NCBI GenBank assembly: GCA_050613775.1
Contig: JBODTK010000119.1
Coordinates: forward strand, 186,001 to 250,000
DNA: 64,000 bases
Direction of reading: 5' to 3'
Source of the DNA: Neocallimastix sp. 'constans'
Lineage: Eukaryota
Part shown: one piece after another, positions 38,503-52,469 of the stretch
Numbering within the stretch: position 1 is the first letter of the stretch
Layout of the letters: the number at the start of each line of letters is the position of its first letter
Notes under the pieces: model-generated
Told to the model about the DNA's origin: nothing
What the model saw: only the letters and a program-made list of their open reading frames with translations
Database searches by the model: none
Position numbers and translations under genes: made by a program

Positions 38503-40765
38503 ATGGAAAATATAATAATAGAAAATGAAAAAAATATAAAGAATTATCTTTTAGAAAGAGAAAAATATAAAAATAAAAATAAAAATTATATTGATGAAAT
38601 TGTATATAACCAATATAAAAATATAATTGCTACTGATAAAATAAAAGAAATGAATAGTAACGAAAATTATAATAGTAAGATAACAACTCTTCTTTCAGAA
38701 AGTAGTATCAATACCGAAGATATAATGATAACCGAAAATAAAATAGAAAATGAATCCGAAGTAGATAATTCTAACTTGAATTATGATTCAAAAAGAAATA
38801 TGAATCCTTTTGAATTTTCGGAAGAATTAAATACTGAAACTGTAACTGTTAATAAAGAGAATAACATCCAGAGAAATTTAACCGAAATAATGATGACAGA
38901 AGAAGCAACTACGTTTTCTGAAAAAATAATGGAAAATCCAATGAAAAGTAGAAAAGAAAATAATCAAGTAATAAATCCTAAAATATCTTTTGATATGGTA
39001 ACTGAAAATCAAAAAATACTATCTGAATCTGAATCCGAATCCGAATCTAAATTAAAATCTAAATTTGAAACCGAAAATGAATTTATACCTGAAACTGATG
39101 ATGAAAAAAAGATTAAGAAAAATGAAGATAAAATAACTATCCATACAACCGAATCTATTAAAAAAAGAAAGGACAATAATGAATATAAAGAAGCATATTA
39201 CAATAATGCTACAGAAATAGAAACAATTCGAAAAAATCAAATTTTAGAAGAAGAAAAAGAAAAAGAAAACGAAAAAGAAAAAAATAAAGATTCAAAAGAA
39301 TTTAGTAATAATATGAATCCTAATATTATTCCAGAAGAAGAGGAACCGATCAAAGAAACGAATAATACAAAAGAAATAGAAAAAATTATAGAAAAAAAGA
39401 TAGATTATTTTAAAGAAAAGGATCATGAGCATGATCATGATAATAATCATAATAATATGGCAAAAATCGAAATACCTTTTGAAAAAAATCAAATTCAAAA
39501 TACTGCTTTTGTTGACATTGATAATATTTCAGAAATTGCAATAGAAATCAAAAAAGAAATTAATGTTACTAATACTTCCTCAGATACAGCTACTGCTTCT
39601 AATGCTGCTCCTATTACTACTAATACTAATACTACTGCTACTGCTACTGCTGGTGTAAATATACCTATTGAAAAAGAAATATCTTTAGAAGAAAAAAATT
39701 CAACTTCTATTAAAAAGATGACAAATTCTCAAGAAAAAGAGAATAAAAATGAATTAAAATTAAAGCAAGAGGAAAAAGATAATTATTTACCTATTTCTAA
39801 TAACAAGATTGAAAAGGAAATAACAACAGAAATGATTCATCCTTTAAGGGAAAATAACTCTGAAAATAGAAATAGAAACGATATAGAAACTGAAACTGAA
39901 ATATTAACAGATATAGAAAGTAATAATGATAGTGATGATCATCAAAATGAATATGAATATGGTCATAGAAATGAAGAAAGCCATGATAAAAAGAACAAGA
40001 GCAAAATTGAAGATATTCTCATTCATGAAAAGGAATACTCTAAAATGGGAGAAAATAGTAACTTATCTCGAGAAGATGATATCAAAATAAAAATTTCATT
40101 TGAAGAAAAGGGAAAAGAAAAGGAAAAAGATAAAGAAAAAGAAAAGGAAAAGGAAAAAAGTAAATATGATAATATTATTAATTTTGAGAGTATAAATAAT
40201 TATAAAGAAGATGAAGAAGATGAAGAAGAAGAAAAAGAAGAAAAAGAAGAAAAAGAAGAAAATCAATTATGTAATAGTTATTTAACAGAAGATGAAAAAA
40301 CTGAAAGAAAAGAAGCAATCCAAAGCGATCTTCTCGAATCTCAAGATTTAAATTTAAAATCGAATGATGATGATACCGAACCAAAAGAATTTCAAGATGA
40401 ACTTTTAACCATATTTGATAATATGATGAAAGAAGAAATCGAAATTGATGATGAAAAAGATGAAAATTTTAACTATCCTCTGAATCTACCTAACCTTACT
40501 CAAGATACTAATGATGATAATAAAAATAATAGATTATTATTAGATATAAAAATGGATGACTTTATGATTATGGATTCATTATTAAAATCAGAAAATGAAT
40601 ATTGTTTTGAAATCCCACCTTTTAATTTTGATATGAATGAAGAAAATAAAGATGCCAATAGTAAAAATAATAGTAGTGTTATTATTGATGTTCTTGATGA
40701 AAATGAAAAATTAAATAACTATTTTATAAATTATTCAGATGATACCTTGGTCTCATTGGAATCTG

Positions 40766-40825
<60 letters not shown>

Positions 40826-41395
40826 GTAGTAATAATAATAATAATAAAAATAATAATAAAAAATCAAATAATTATAGAAAATTAATTAGATCAAATGCAT
40901 TTTATATAAAAGAACCCAATATTCAAGACTCAAATGAGGATATTAATAAAAAATCAAAATTAAAAAAACCGGCGTCAGCATTTTCTCTTAAGAAAAAATT
41001 TGGATTAACCTTTAAGAATGAAATTTATCGTAACTACATATTAAAAAAAATTAATTCTCATAAACAAAAATCAATAGCCATGGCAACAACCGCTATAAAT
41101 AACTATACCACATCAGAAAATGGTTCTGCTATGGCTATGAATAAGACTACTAACTCTAATTTATCTTTACTATCATCATTAACATCATCATCACCAACAT
41201 CAGCATTATCAGTAGAACAATCCCAATCTAATATATCACAATCCCTCTCTACCAGAAAAAGAGGATTAAAATGGAAAACGGCTTCAGAAAAATTAAATTT
41301 CATTGAACAATTTATTAATAAATATAATGTTACCGAATTTATTTCCAAACAAAAATATAAAGCTCATCAAGGAACAGAATATTATAAAGCTTTCA

Positions 41396-41426
<31 letters not shown>

Positions 41427-43040
41427 ACCGCATCAAAAAGATTTCCATGATTATATAAAAGAATATGATGAGGAAAAATATGAAACCAATCCATATATTC
41501 AAGAATATTATGAAGATATAGAAAAGGAAGAAAATGATATTGATAATGATGATGAGGATGAAAATGAAAATGAAGACAATGATTCTATTCAAAAATTAGA
41601 TATTTCTAAAAAAGGTTATATTAAAAATAAATTTAATGAAAAATCCATTCTTCTTAGTAATATATTTATAAAACATGATAATGAATACGAATACCAAGAA
41701 ATACCACTCCTTGAAAAAAAGAACAATAATACTAACAGTTATAATAATAATAATAATAATAATAAAGAAAGACAAAATGAAAAGAGGATGAATTTATCGT
41801 ATTATCAACAAAGTTATGATGATGAACGTAATTCCAGAAATATATATTTAAGAGATGAAGATACCATGGAATCCTTCATGAAAATAGAAAAAGAAATATT
41901 TAATCAAAATGAAATTAATCGTAAAATATTTATAGAGATGCAAAAAAGAAGAAACGAACTACGACAACAACAACAAAATCAGTCCTATCAACGGGAAAAA
42001 TTTGGAGAGGAACTTATTCATCTTCAAGATTTAGATGAAAAACAAAAATCCAAAAAGAAAAATGAATATTACTATTTCTGTAAGGAAGATTATGAAATGA
42101 AACAAAAATATTCAATTCAACAACGAATTGAGGATCAACTTCAAAGTATGAGTGACTATTTTAAAAAATTACAGATAGGAGGAGGAAGAGAAGAAAATGA
42201 TGATAGAGAAAAAGGATCTGAAAGTACTTTGATAGTAGACATACAAAATGAGGATGAAGAAAAAGAAATAGAAGAAAAAGATAAGATGAAGAAGAAGGAT
42301 GAAAGAAAAGTAATGGAAGAAGAAGAAGAAGAAGAACAAGGTTTATTAAATTTAAGTCAAAAAACATTAAAGAAAAGTGTAAGTTTCAACTTAAATGATG
42401 ATTATTATTATTATAATAATGATGAATATTCTACTTCTCCTCATGAACCCATACAAAAAGTTAATCCTTCCAAATTAAAATCATGTCTCTCAAAACAATC
42501 TATCAACTATGATATTAAATTAATGAATTCTGAAAAAGATTCTAACAAAAGAAATTCATTCTACTTGAATGATAGCAATAATTATAATGATGATATTAAA
42601 TTCATTCTTAAGAATGAAGAATCTCTTGAAATGAATCCTCATATTAATGACAATTTTGGAAACTATTTTACCGGATATACCTTCAAAAATTTCTATTTCT
42701 TTAAAGGTAAAAATATTCATTTGATGTCGATGTTTAATCCAAAATTATTTTATAGAGAATATTTTGGTGATGATAGTAATACACTCAAATCTAGTCCTCA
42801 ATCTATTGAAAAATTCATGAATCTCTTCAAAATGATAAATTTATATCGTTCGATTATTACTACAATTTATGGTGTATATGAATTATATAAAAGTAAGTAT
42901 AAAGAAGAATTCATTTAATCTTTAAATATATATATATAATAAGATTTAAAAATTTTTATACCTATAGTACTTTTATTACTTTTATTATATAATATTATAT
43001 ACAATTAAAAAAATATTATTATATTTATATTAATTAATAT

Positions 43041-43083
<43 letters not shown>

Positions 43084-46017
43084 TTTAGAAGATTCAAATA
43101 TACGAAAACTTGGAGCAACCCCATTTATTGTTATTAGTTTCTTCTTTTTAATTGTTGATCTTGTCATTGCATTCATTAAAGCTTTTCCTAAAAAAACTTG
43201 GTTCTTATGTAATGATAATACTACTAGAAATAAGGTAACAAATATAATATATATAATTAAAAATAATATATATATATATATATATATATATGTATTATAT
43301 CTATTAAAAAATAATTTGAAAATAAATAAATAAATTAACAATTTATTAATAATATAATAAAAAAAATAAATAAAATAAAAAAATTTAAATAAGAATTCAT
43401 GGACGGTTTGGAGTTTAGTTGTAAACCATAATACTATTTTAGATGTTCTTCCGATAATGGTTAATAATCAAATTTTTTTTCTTTTTATAAATATATATAT
43501 AATATATATAATATATATCTACATTAAGAATTATTAATTAAATTTTTTAACTTTTTTTTTTTTTTTACTTTTAATATATTTTATTTTCTATAACGAAAAA
43601 AAAAAAGATCAATGTTATTATAAAGGTATATCACTTTAGATTATCGCAACTAGTAGCGTCACCAGAAGTTGTATCGATTTTTAATGGTATTTTTTTTTTT
43701 TTTTTTTTTTAATATTTTTAAAAATTATAATAAATAATAAATATATCAAATATACAAATATTTTTAATGATCAACTATATTAATTATAATTTTTTATATA
43801 AAATCTTATGATATTTATGATGTTAATAATCTTTTTTCATATCTATATATAAATAGACAATAGTGTTCCAAGTTTAAATATTTTTGATATGAATCAAGTA
43901 TCATTAATTCTTTTTGTTATTTCCTTAATAAGTTCCTTAATACTATACTCCATTCAAAATGATATGGCCATTCTAACACGGAGTAATAATTGTGGATTAG
44001 CTACTGTCATTTTTATAAAAGTCCTACTAATGATCATTGACATAACTACCAATCTTTATTTACTTTATGAATATTTAATTACCTTGGGAACGAAGATTTT
44101 TACAGTCAATGGTATCACCTTGATTCTTTTCTCCATTCTATTTTCATCATTTATTATTACAAATTGTGCCAACGTCATTGTTAATATTCCTTTACACTAT
44201 TTCTTCCTACGTATGGGTATTAAAACTCGTTTGGATAGTTTATTTGCAGAATATGCCGAACAACTTAGAGAACATCAATATAGAACTCAATATTTAAATA
44301 TTTATGGAAAGAGAAAAGCAAGTAAAAATTCCGAGGAATCAATCAATATACTATGTAATTCAAATCTTAATCCTGAAAATGGTAATATGGAATCTAGTAC
44401 AAGTCAACTTTTAACTCAATATAATGAAAGAGAAGAAGAAAGTCAAGAAACAAAATTGCTTATACCTAAATATAATAAAAATGAAAAAGAAGAAGAAGAA
44501 GAAGAAAAAGAAGATCAATTGAATAAAAACAATAATTTATATGAATCAAGTATTTATAATTATAATTTCAATGAATCTAAGACAATTGATCATGGTGATG
44601 ATGCTCACCACAATAAGATCAACAATACCATTATTAATAATAATGATGATGATCATCCAACAGAGAATAATGATACTGATATGGTTATCACCAATAAAAC
44701 ATCTACTGTAATGATAGATAATTTACTACCAGAGGGTAATAGCAATACTTTCCAAGTAAATGAAGAAACTAAAGAAATACGGGATAACAAGATCATAAAT
44801 ATCGATATCATAGGAAATAATGGAAATATTACCGATATTACAGAAAACAATAATAAAAAACCGATAACCTCACTGAATAATTCATTATTTAGAAATTCCA
44901 ATTCAAATAATCTTCCTCAGCCTATAATAAGTAAAGATTTAATTGATAGCTTTTCCAATTCCTCTTCCTCTTTACTATTGAATAGTTTATATGAAAAGGA
45001 AATATGTAATGATGATGATAAAAATAAGAATAAAATAATAGATGATGCTCCACGTACTGGAGATAATAATCATAAAGAAAAAGAAATCCTAAAGACTCAA
45101 AGAAGTATATTATCACATATCAATACAAATATTAACAATGACAATAAAATTACCATAACTATTCATAATGGTAATGAAGGCTCAAGTAATAATAATTCAA
45201 GAGATTTCATAAAATCACAATTAGAATTTAAAGAAGAAGAAGATATCAATAAATACTATGCTAAAAAAATTAGTGATACTGAAAATAAAATTAATCAATT
45301 AGAACGGATTGAATTTAAACATATTATTCAAGTTGCTTTGAAAAGAGCTTTCCATCCATTCTTCCTCATAATATTTGTTTATAATATTTATTTAATATAT
45401 GCACTCTATTTGGTAATTATTTATTAATAAAAATTATCAAATTTATTTATTTTTATTTATTTATTTTTAAATTAATTAATTGTTATTTTTTTTTATAATA
45501 CATATATAATTAATAATAATTTATTTTTCTTAATATATTTTAGGTATTACATCATATATGGGATTGGGTTCCAGCGACCATTATAGAAAATGGGGTTACC
45601 TTACGAGAATCCGACTTAATACCAGATTCTTCCTTCCTTGGATGGAATAATTCTTCTGGTTTTAAATTCAAGTAAGTAATCGAAAACAAAAAAAAAAAAC
45701 AAAAACAAAAACAAACAAAAAAAAAAAAAAAAAAAAAAAAGAATTAATAACAATACAATATAACAATTTATATATTTATATAATATATATAAATTATTTT
45801 TATTTAATTTTAATATTATTACTAATTTATTAATTATATATATTATTATTAACTATTTATTTATTTATTTATTTTAACTATCAGTGGTTTAGTATGGATT
45901 AATATAATTCTAAACTATGCCTCCGGAGCTATATTTCCTATATTATATTGGGTTTCTATTATTTTATATAATTATTTTTTCGCTAGAAAAAGAAATTTTT
46001 TCCGTTACTTTAAATAA
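38503..46017 (+). CDS. Large orphan protein (2167 aa) with a disordered N/E/K-rich N-terminus and a multi-pass transmembrane C-terminus
   Basis: Exons: 38503-42892, 43083-43234, 43394-43459, 43608-43686, 43857-45412, 45544-45671, 45885-46017. All are GT-AG and phase-compatible, summing to 6504 nt. The GTAAGT donor at 42893 lies just inside the listed 1471-aa ORF. Confidence 0.8.
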
Positions 46018-46044
46018 ATTTCTATAAAATTTTTAATAATGTTT

Positions 46045-46077
<33 letters not shown>

Positions 46078-46108
46078 TATAAATACAAAAAATAACGTTT
46101 ACATATAT

Positions 46109-46151
<43 letters not shown>

Positions 46152-46554
46152 ATGGAATAACCTATTCATTCTATTACTCTATTAACATATTTATAATATA
46201 TCATTCTATTAATAATTAGTTAAATAAATAATACTTTATATATATAATTTTTTTAATCTTAAAAATCATTCATTTAGTTTTATGAAAAGTAGTTTTAATC
46301 TATTTAACTTTAAATTAATAAAAAAAATAAATAAAAAAAAAATTAAATTAATAAAAAAATAAATAAAAAAAAATAAATACTATGATAGTATAATAAATAA
46401 TAAATGTCAAATAATTTTAATTATTAACATAAAATAAAATTTTTAAAATTTTTAAAAATTTAATTAATCAATAATAGAATTTTTGCAATATTTTAAAAAA
46501 TATATATATATAAATAAATAAATATTAAAAATACAACTTTATAAAAAATATAGT

Positions 46555-46745
46555 TAATGTAATACAATGAAAATGAAGAGAAAATTTTTAAATAATGGTG
46601 TACAAAAAAAAAAAAAAAAAAAAAAGATAATAACTTTAAAGTAAGATACTGTGGTGACCACTAAACTTTTCCCCAAACCAAAAAAAGAATTTATCAGGAA
46701 ATTCAAATTTCCTTCGGTTTGTTATGTGAAGAGCCATTATTACTA
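46555..46745 (-). mobile_element. Degenerate LINE 3' fragment
   Basis: GATACTGTGGTGACCACTAAACTTTTCCCC matches GATAGTGTGGTGTCCACTAAACTCTCCCC at about 9239-9267. Confidence 0.6.
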
Positions 46746-47001
46746 ATTTTTATTTTATTATATTTATATATACTTATTATATATAAATATAATTTGTATT
46801 TTTATTATTTATCAATAAATTAGAAAAATAGAACATTCAGTTATTCAGTGAATAAATGACTGATCATTTTTATCACAATATAAATGGATAAAATAAAATA
46901 AAAATATATAGTAGAGTATAAATATAATGTATAAAATAAAATAAAATAAATAATAGAATATTAATATAAATGCACAGATTGAATAGAGTAAAACAAAATA
47001 A

Positions 47002-47485
47002 TTTTTTTTTTTTTTTAGATGTGGAAGAGAATTCATTTCCATTGCTTTACTTAAAAAGTATAAAAATACCTATTAAATATATTAATATATATAATATTGT
47101 ATATATTTTTTTAATAATTATTAAGATAAACAAGAATATACAAAAAATATATCAAATAAAAAAATTATTAAAAATAAAATTTAATAAAAAATAAAGTTAT
47201 TGTGATACAATGAAAAATAAAGAAAAAATTTAAAAGTTATTATGGCATTATGATAGGAATATAGATCATTTCTACCAAAAATGTTTAATAAAGTAAAGCA
47301 AAGAAAGTAACATCTGTATAGTAGATAGTGGAAACCATTAAACACTCCCTCGAATCAAGAGAAATATTATTAGGAGATTCAAATTCTGTAGACTAGTTGT
47401 GTAAAGAATGATTATTACTATTTGTGTAAGAAGACTAGTGTTAAAGAATCTTCTTTACCATATCGATTCATCGTTGATCCTCTTT
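47002..47485 (-). mobile_element. LINE 3' end related to the copy at 8982-10097
   Basis: Poly(T) is followed by AGATGTGGAAGAGAAT (compare AGACAGGGAAGAGAAT at 9018). AGTAACATCT...TAGATAGTG...CCATTAAAC matches about 9221-9260. Confidence 0.7.
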
Positions 47486-47486
47486 G

Positions 47487-48121
47487 TTTTTTTCCTTTTT
47501 TTTTTTTTTAGACTTTGAGAATAACTTTATTTAATTTATAATAATAATAAAATTACATGAATTAAATGAAAAAATAACAAATAAAATACATGAAATAAAA
47601 TATTATATATTATAAAATTATAAAAGTGCGTTAGAAGCAATAGCCTCTAACTTTTCCCATTCCTCGATGATAACACCACGTTCATTATTGCGAGTAATAA
47701 TTTCAATATTAGTGCTATATAACGAATCTGTATCTATTCTTTCATCGGGAGGTGAAAATCCATTCCTTATCATTTCGATGTCGACGCTCTCGGCAACGGT
47801 AGATTCAACGGAATACCATTTCATCATCAATCTAAAAGATCGACAAATTAATGGTATTACGTTTGTTAGAAACTCCGCAATCCCCACAAATTACGGAACA
47901 ATCTACGAAGTTGAACTTTGTTTAAAAATATTGTCAACTAATTGTCTTTGTTCCCCGTCATTAAGTTTAATTTTTTCATATATTGAACGCCCACCAAAAA
48001 GAACACTCAATATAAAATAATAAATATTATTATCATAATCCTTTTCTGAAACTAAAGAAACATCCAAGGATCTTTGTTCAATTATCATTGCAAATTTCAA
48101 AAAGAGATCATCTTGAAAATT

Positions 48122-48122
<1 letters not shown>
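47487..48122 (-). mobile_element. 5'-truncated LINE fragment of a related subfamily
   Basis: Poly(T) tail, then an ORF2 C-terminus (LFGG...GEQRQLVDNIFK...GIAEFLTNVIPLI...AESVDI) homologous to LLGG...GEQRQLNELLFK...GLAEFLTSAIPII...SKSVDV at 9169-9585. Confidence 0.85.
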
Positions 48123-48190
<68 letters not shown>

Positions 48191-49504
48191 CATATGCAAC
48201 GAACCTCACTTCCAAATTTTAAGATTTCTATTGTTATTATTACTAATTTTGTATTCTTCGATACTGCTATCAGAATCAGTACTTGATTCTACATTATTCA
48301 TATTTGTGACAACAGTGATTACTATTTGTTATGATACAATATTTGCTAATTACAAACAGTTTTTCATAAAGAATTTCAATATCCATAAAATATTTTATTT
48401 CATTCAAAATTCACATAAACAAATATATATAACAAGAAAATTTAATAATACATAACATTTTATTGCTAAAATATATTAATTTTTTTTTTTTATCATCTTC
48501 CTTTTATATCTAAAAAACAATGAAAAGGGAAAAAAAAAAATTTTTTTTTTAAACACCCACACCAATAATTTTCTTTTTTTTTTTTTTTTCATATATTTTT
48601 AAATAATTTAATATAAAAACTATTAACCATATTATATATATTATATATATTATATATATATTATATATTTATATATATATTTTTTAAAAAATATTTTTTA
48701 ATTTTTTTTTTTATTAGTTTAATTTTTATTTGCTTTAATTTTTATTTTTATTATTTGTTTTTATTTTTTTATTTATTTTAAATTTTTTTTTTTTCATTTA
48801 AATTATTTTTCTTCTTTTCTCTTTTTTTAATTTTGTTTGACTTTTTTTTTTATTTTACTTTGGCTTTTTTTTTTTCTTTGTTTTATATTTTTTGTTCCCT
48901 TTTTAATTATTTTAATTTATATATTTATTGTGTTTTTTCTTTTTATACTTTCAAATTTTGCTAAAAGAAATAATTAATTGAATTGAAAAAAAAAAAAATT
49001 TTTTTTTTCTTCCTTAATTAAAAACTCAAATAAGTATTTCTTTAAAAAAAGGTATAAATATTTTTAAATTAATATTGAAAATTATTTCATTATTATTTTT
49101 TCTCTTCATTCAAAAAACAAAAAAAAATTGTTGTTTTATGATTAATTAAATATAAAAAAAATATTATTTGATATAATTAATAGAATTAATTTTCAAAGAA
49201 TTTTGGTATATTTCTTTTTTTTTGTTGCTTTTTTTTATCTTGATATATTTTATACGATTGTTGATGATTAATTAAAATAGGATTCTAATAATATATTCTA
49301 ATTTTAAAATTTTTTTAATATATAAAATAATTAAATTTTTAATTGAACCACATATTTAAAGAAATTCCTCTTTAAAATAAAAGAAATTATCTATAAAAAT
49401 AAAAAAAAAAAGGAATAGCACCGATACTATTCCCCTCATTATAAAAAAAAACTTTTATTTAAAAAAAAAAGATCTTTTGCTTATAATAAACAAATTTAAT
49501 TTGC

Positions 49505-51349
49505 TTATAAGTCTTCAAGACCTTGTAAAGTGGAATCTAATTCTTCCTTAGTATTTAAATACTTTTGAGTCATATCTTCAAGTTCAGCTTCTAATTTGGA
49601 ACGTTCACCTTCGATTTGAGTACATTGACGATCTAATTGTTCAGTTTGAAGTTCAAGAGTACGTAACTTTTCAGTAGTTTCTCTCCAATCTCTTTCCTTG
49701 TCTTCTAATTGTTGTTCAAGTAAGGTGTTCTTTCTTTGAAGTTCTTCGTTTAAGGATTGTTCCTTGTGGCTAGCTTCTTGTTGAGCCTTGTACTATTACA
49801 ACAATAACAAATTATAATATATATAATTTAATTACATTAATATTTCAATTACCAAAAAATTTACATATAATATTATAAACATATATTTTAAATATAATTG
49901 GTTTACTTCAGCAAGAGTAGCTTCCTTTTCTTCTAAAGATTGTTCTAATAAAGCAACCTTTCTTTGAAGTTCTTCGTTTAAGGATTGTTCCTTATGACTA
50001 GCTTCTTGCTTAGCCTTGTACTATTATCATAATATATTTTATATATATATAATTTAATTATACAATAAACCATATTTTATTAATATTTTTATCAAAAATA
50101 TATATAATTAAATTGAATATAAATCATAATAAATTAATAAGTTTAAAAATTTTCCTTTTTAAAAACAATATATTTCATATATAATTTCACTTACATCAGC
50201 AAGAGTAGCTTCCTTTTCTTCTAAAGATTGTTCTAATAAAGCAACCTTTCTTTCTAAAGATTGAAGCATATCTTGATTATTGGAGTAGTCAGCAGCATTA
50301 GCTTGAGCCTATTTTTTTAAAAAAATAAAAATAAACAAATATATTTTTAATTAATAATTATAAATTTTATTGACTTCATAACAATATTTATTTCGATAAA
50401 ATTTTTTTTATCTATTTTTTTTTATAAAAAAAAAAACTTACTTCTTCAATTCTTTGTTCAGATCTTTGAAGATCGTATTCTAAGTTAGAAATCTTGTTGT
50501 TAAGGGTTTGGATTTCTTGATCCTTTGAGGAAAGTTCATTTTGAAGTTCCTTGACTTGGCTTTCAGCAGCATCAGCACGATTGTTAGCTTCATCGGCTTG
50601 GTTACGGAGAGCGTTAAGTTTCTTTTATTATAAAAATTTAAAAATATAAAACTTTAATATCATCCCTATTATTTATTATGTAATATTTATTCTTTTCATC
50701 AATTAATTTATCAAAAATTAATTTTCAATGCACAAATCCAATATTCTTATTTCATTCTTTAATTTTTTTTTTTTAAATTCTATCATTTTATTTTTAAATA
50801 TACTACTATAACAAAAAAATTAAAAAATAATAATTTATTTATTTATATTTACAAAATAAAATAAATAAACTTGTTTTTTAATTTTCTTTTTCTTGTTATT
50901 TATATGTATAAAAATAATCTTACTATTTCCATTTTATTATTTTATATTAACAAATTTAATCTTTATCTGTATATTTACAATATTTATCATAACTCATTAT
51001 TATTATTTAATTCTTTTATTTTATTTTCAATTATTATATATTTTAAAATTTCATTTCAAATCATACTGAATAAATTAATAAATCTCAAACATAAAATATG
51101 TATTATTATATATATATAAATTTTAATTTTGTTTTATTCATTTAAATTTATTTTAAGTTTTATTAAATATACTTTTATAGAACTAATTTATATTTATAAC
51201 TATTTTATATTTTATATAAATTTAAGGTTTACTATTAATATATATATTTATATTATTTATATAAAGATCTTCATAATAAATAAACATAGATTATCTTTTC
51301 CTTCTTTTTTTTCCTTTTTCAGTTTACTTACTTCCTTAATCTTATCCAT
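49505..51349 (-). CDS. TPM1: Tropomyosin (237 aa if all exons are used)
   Basis: Exons: 51349-51332 (MDKIKE), 50621-50442 (KLNALRNQADEANNRADAAESQVKEL...), 50308-50195, 50020-49907, 49792-49505 (...RETTEKLR...KEELDSTLQGLEDL*). It is a continuous coiled coil with codon bias similar to GluRS. It is missed by the ORF track. Confidence 0.93.
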
Positions 51350-52438
51350 GGTATACTAAATATATATGCTTTTCAATTAAAAAAAATTATAAATTATATT
51401 ATGAATTATTAGAAAAGAAAAAAGACAAAATAAAATAAATAGCCTTCTTTTTAAAAAGATATTTTTTTAATAATATAAAAAAAAAAGTTTGTTTGAATAA
51501 AAAAAAAAAATTTAAAATAAAAAATTTTATGCTTTTAATTGATAAATATATTAAATTTTTTTTTTATTTTTGTAATAAAAAATAAATAAAATTTTAAATG
51601 TTGTACCAAAAATAAAAATATAAAATATAAAATAGTTTTAGTATTATTATTAATATTTTATTCTAATAAAAATAATAATTAACAATTAAATTGTTAAAGA
51701 AATATTAAAATAATTATTAAACTATCAATATTTAATAAATCATAAAAATTATGTAATTAATATAAATAATAAAAAATTGATTTAATAATAATATAGAAAA
51801 TTAAAATAATCTATAGACTATTATATTATAAATCAAAAAATGATTATTTTTATTATTATTGTAATCTATTTTAGTTTATATTTAATATATATGTATCATT
51901 TATTATTAATCCTATTCAAAAAATAAAACCCAAATATAGAATGTTTATGATTAATGAAATATAAATTATGTACATAGAGAATTAAATAGGAAAATAGATT
52001 AGAATATATTATAATTAATGTTAATAATACATAGGAATTATATTCATTTATTTATTTATAATATAGTATATATAGAATAATTGACTAAAAAAAAATGCTC
52101 GAAATACATTATAAATATATGGAAATATATGGAAATATATAGTATTTTGGTTAACCAGTAAATCAAATTCAATTCAATTCTAATTTAATTCAATTATATT
52201 GATGACATGGAAATTTAAATTATTTATATTATATTACAATCTAATAATAATATATATATTTATTTTTTTCTTTTCTTTCTATAAATTATAATTAAAATAT
52301 ATTCATTGCATTATAAGGAGTATAGACTATAGAATATCATATAAGCCATTTATATATATTTAAAAAGTTTAAAATAAAAAATAGAAATAAAGTGATAATA
52401 AAATATAAAAATTTATTTACTTATTTATTCATGCCTAT

Positions 52439-52469
<31 letters not shown>

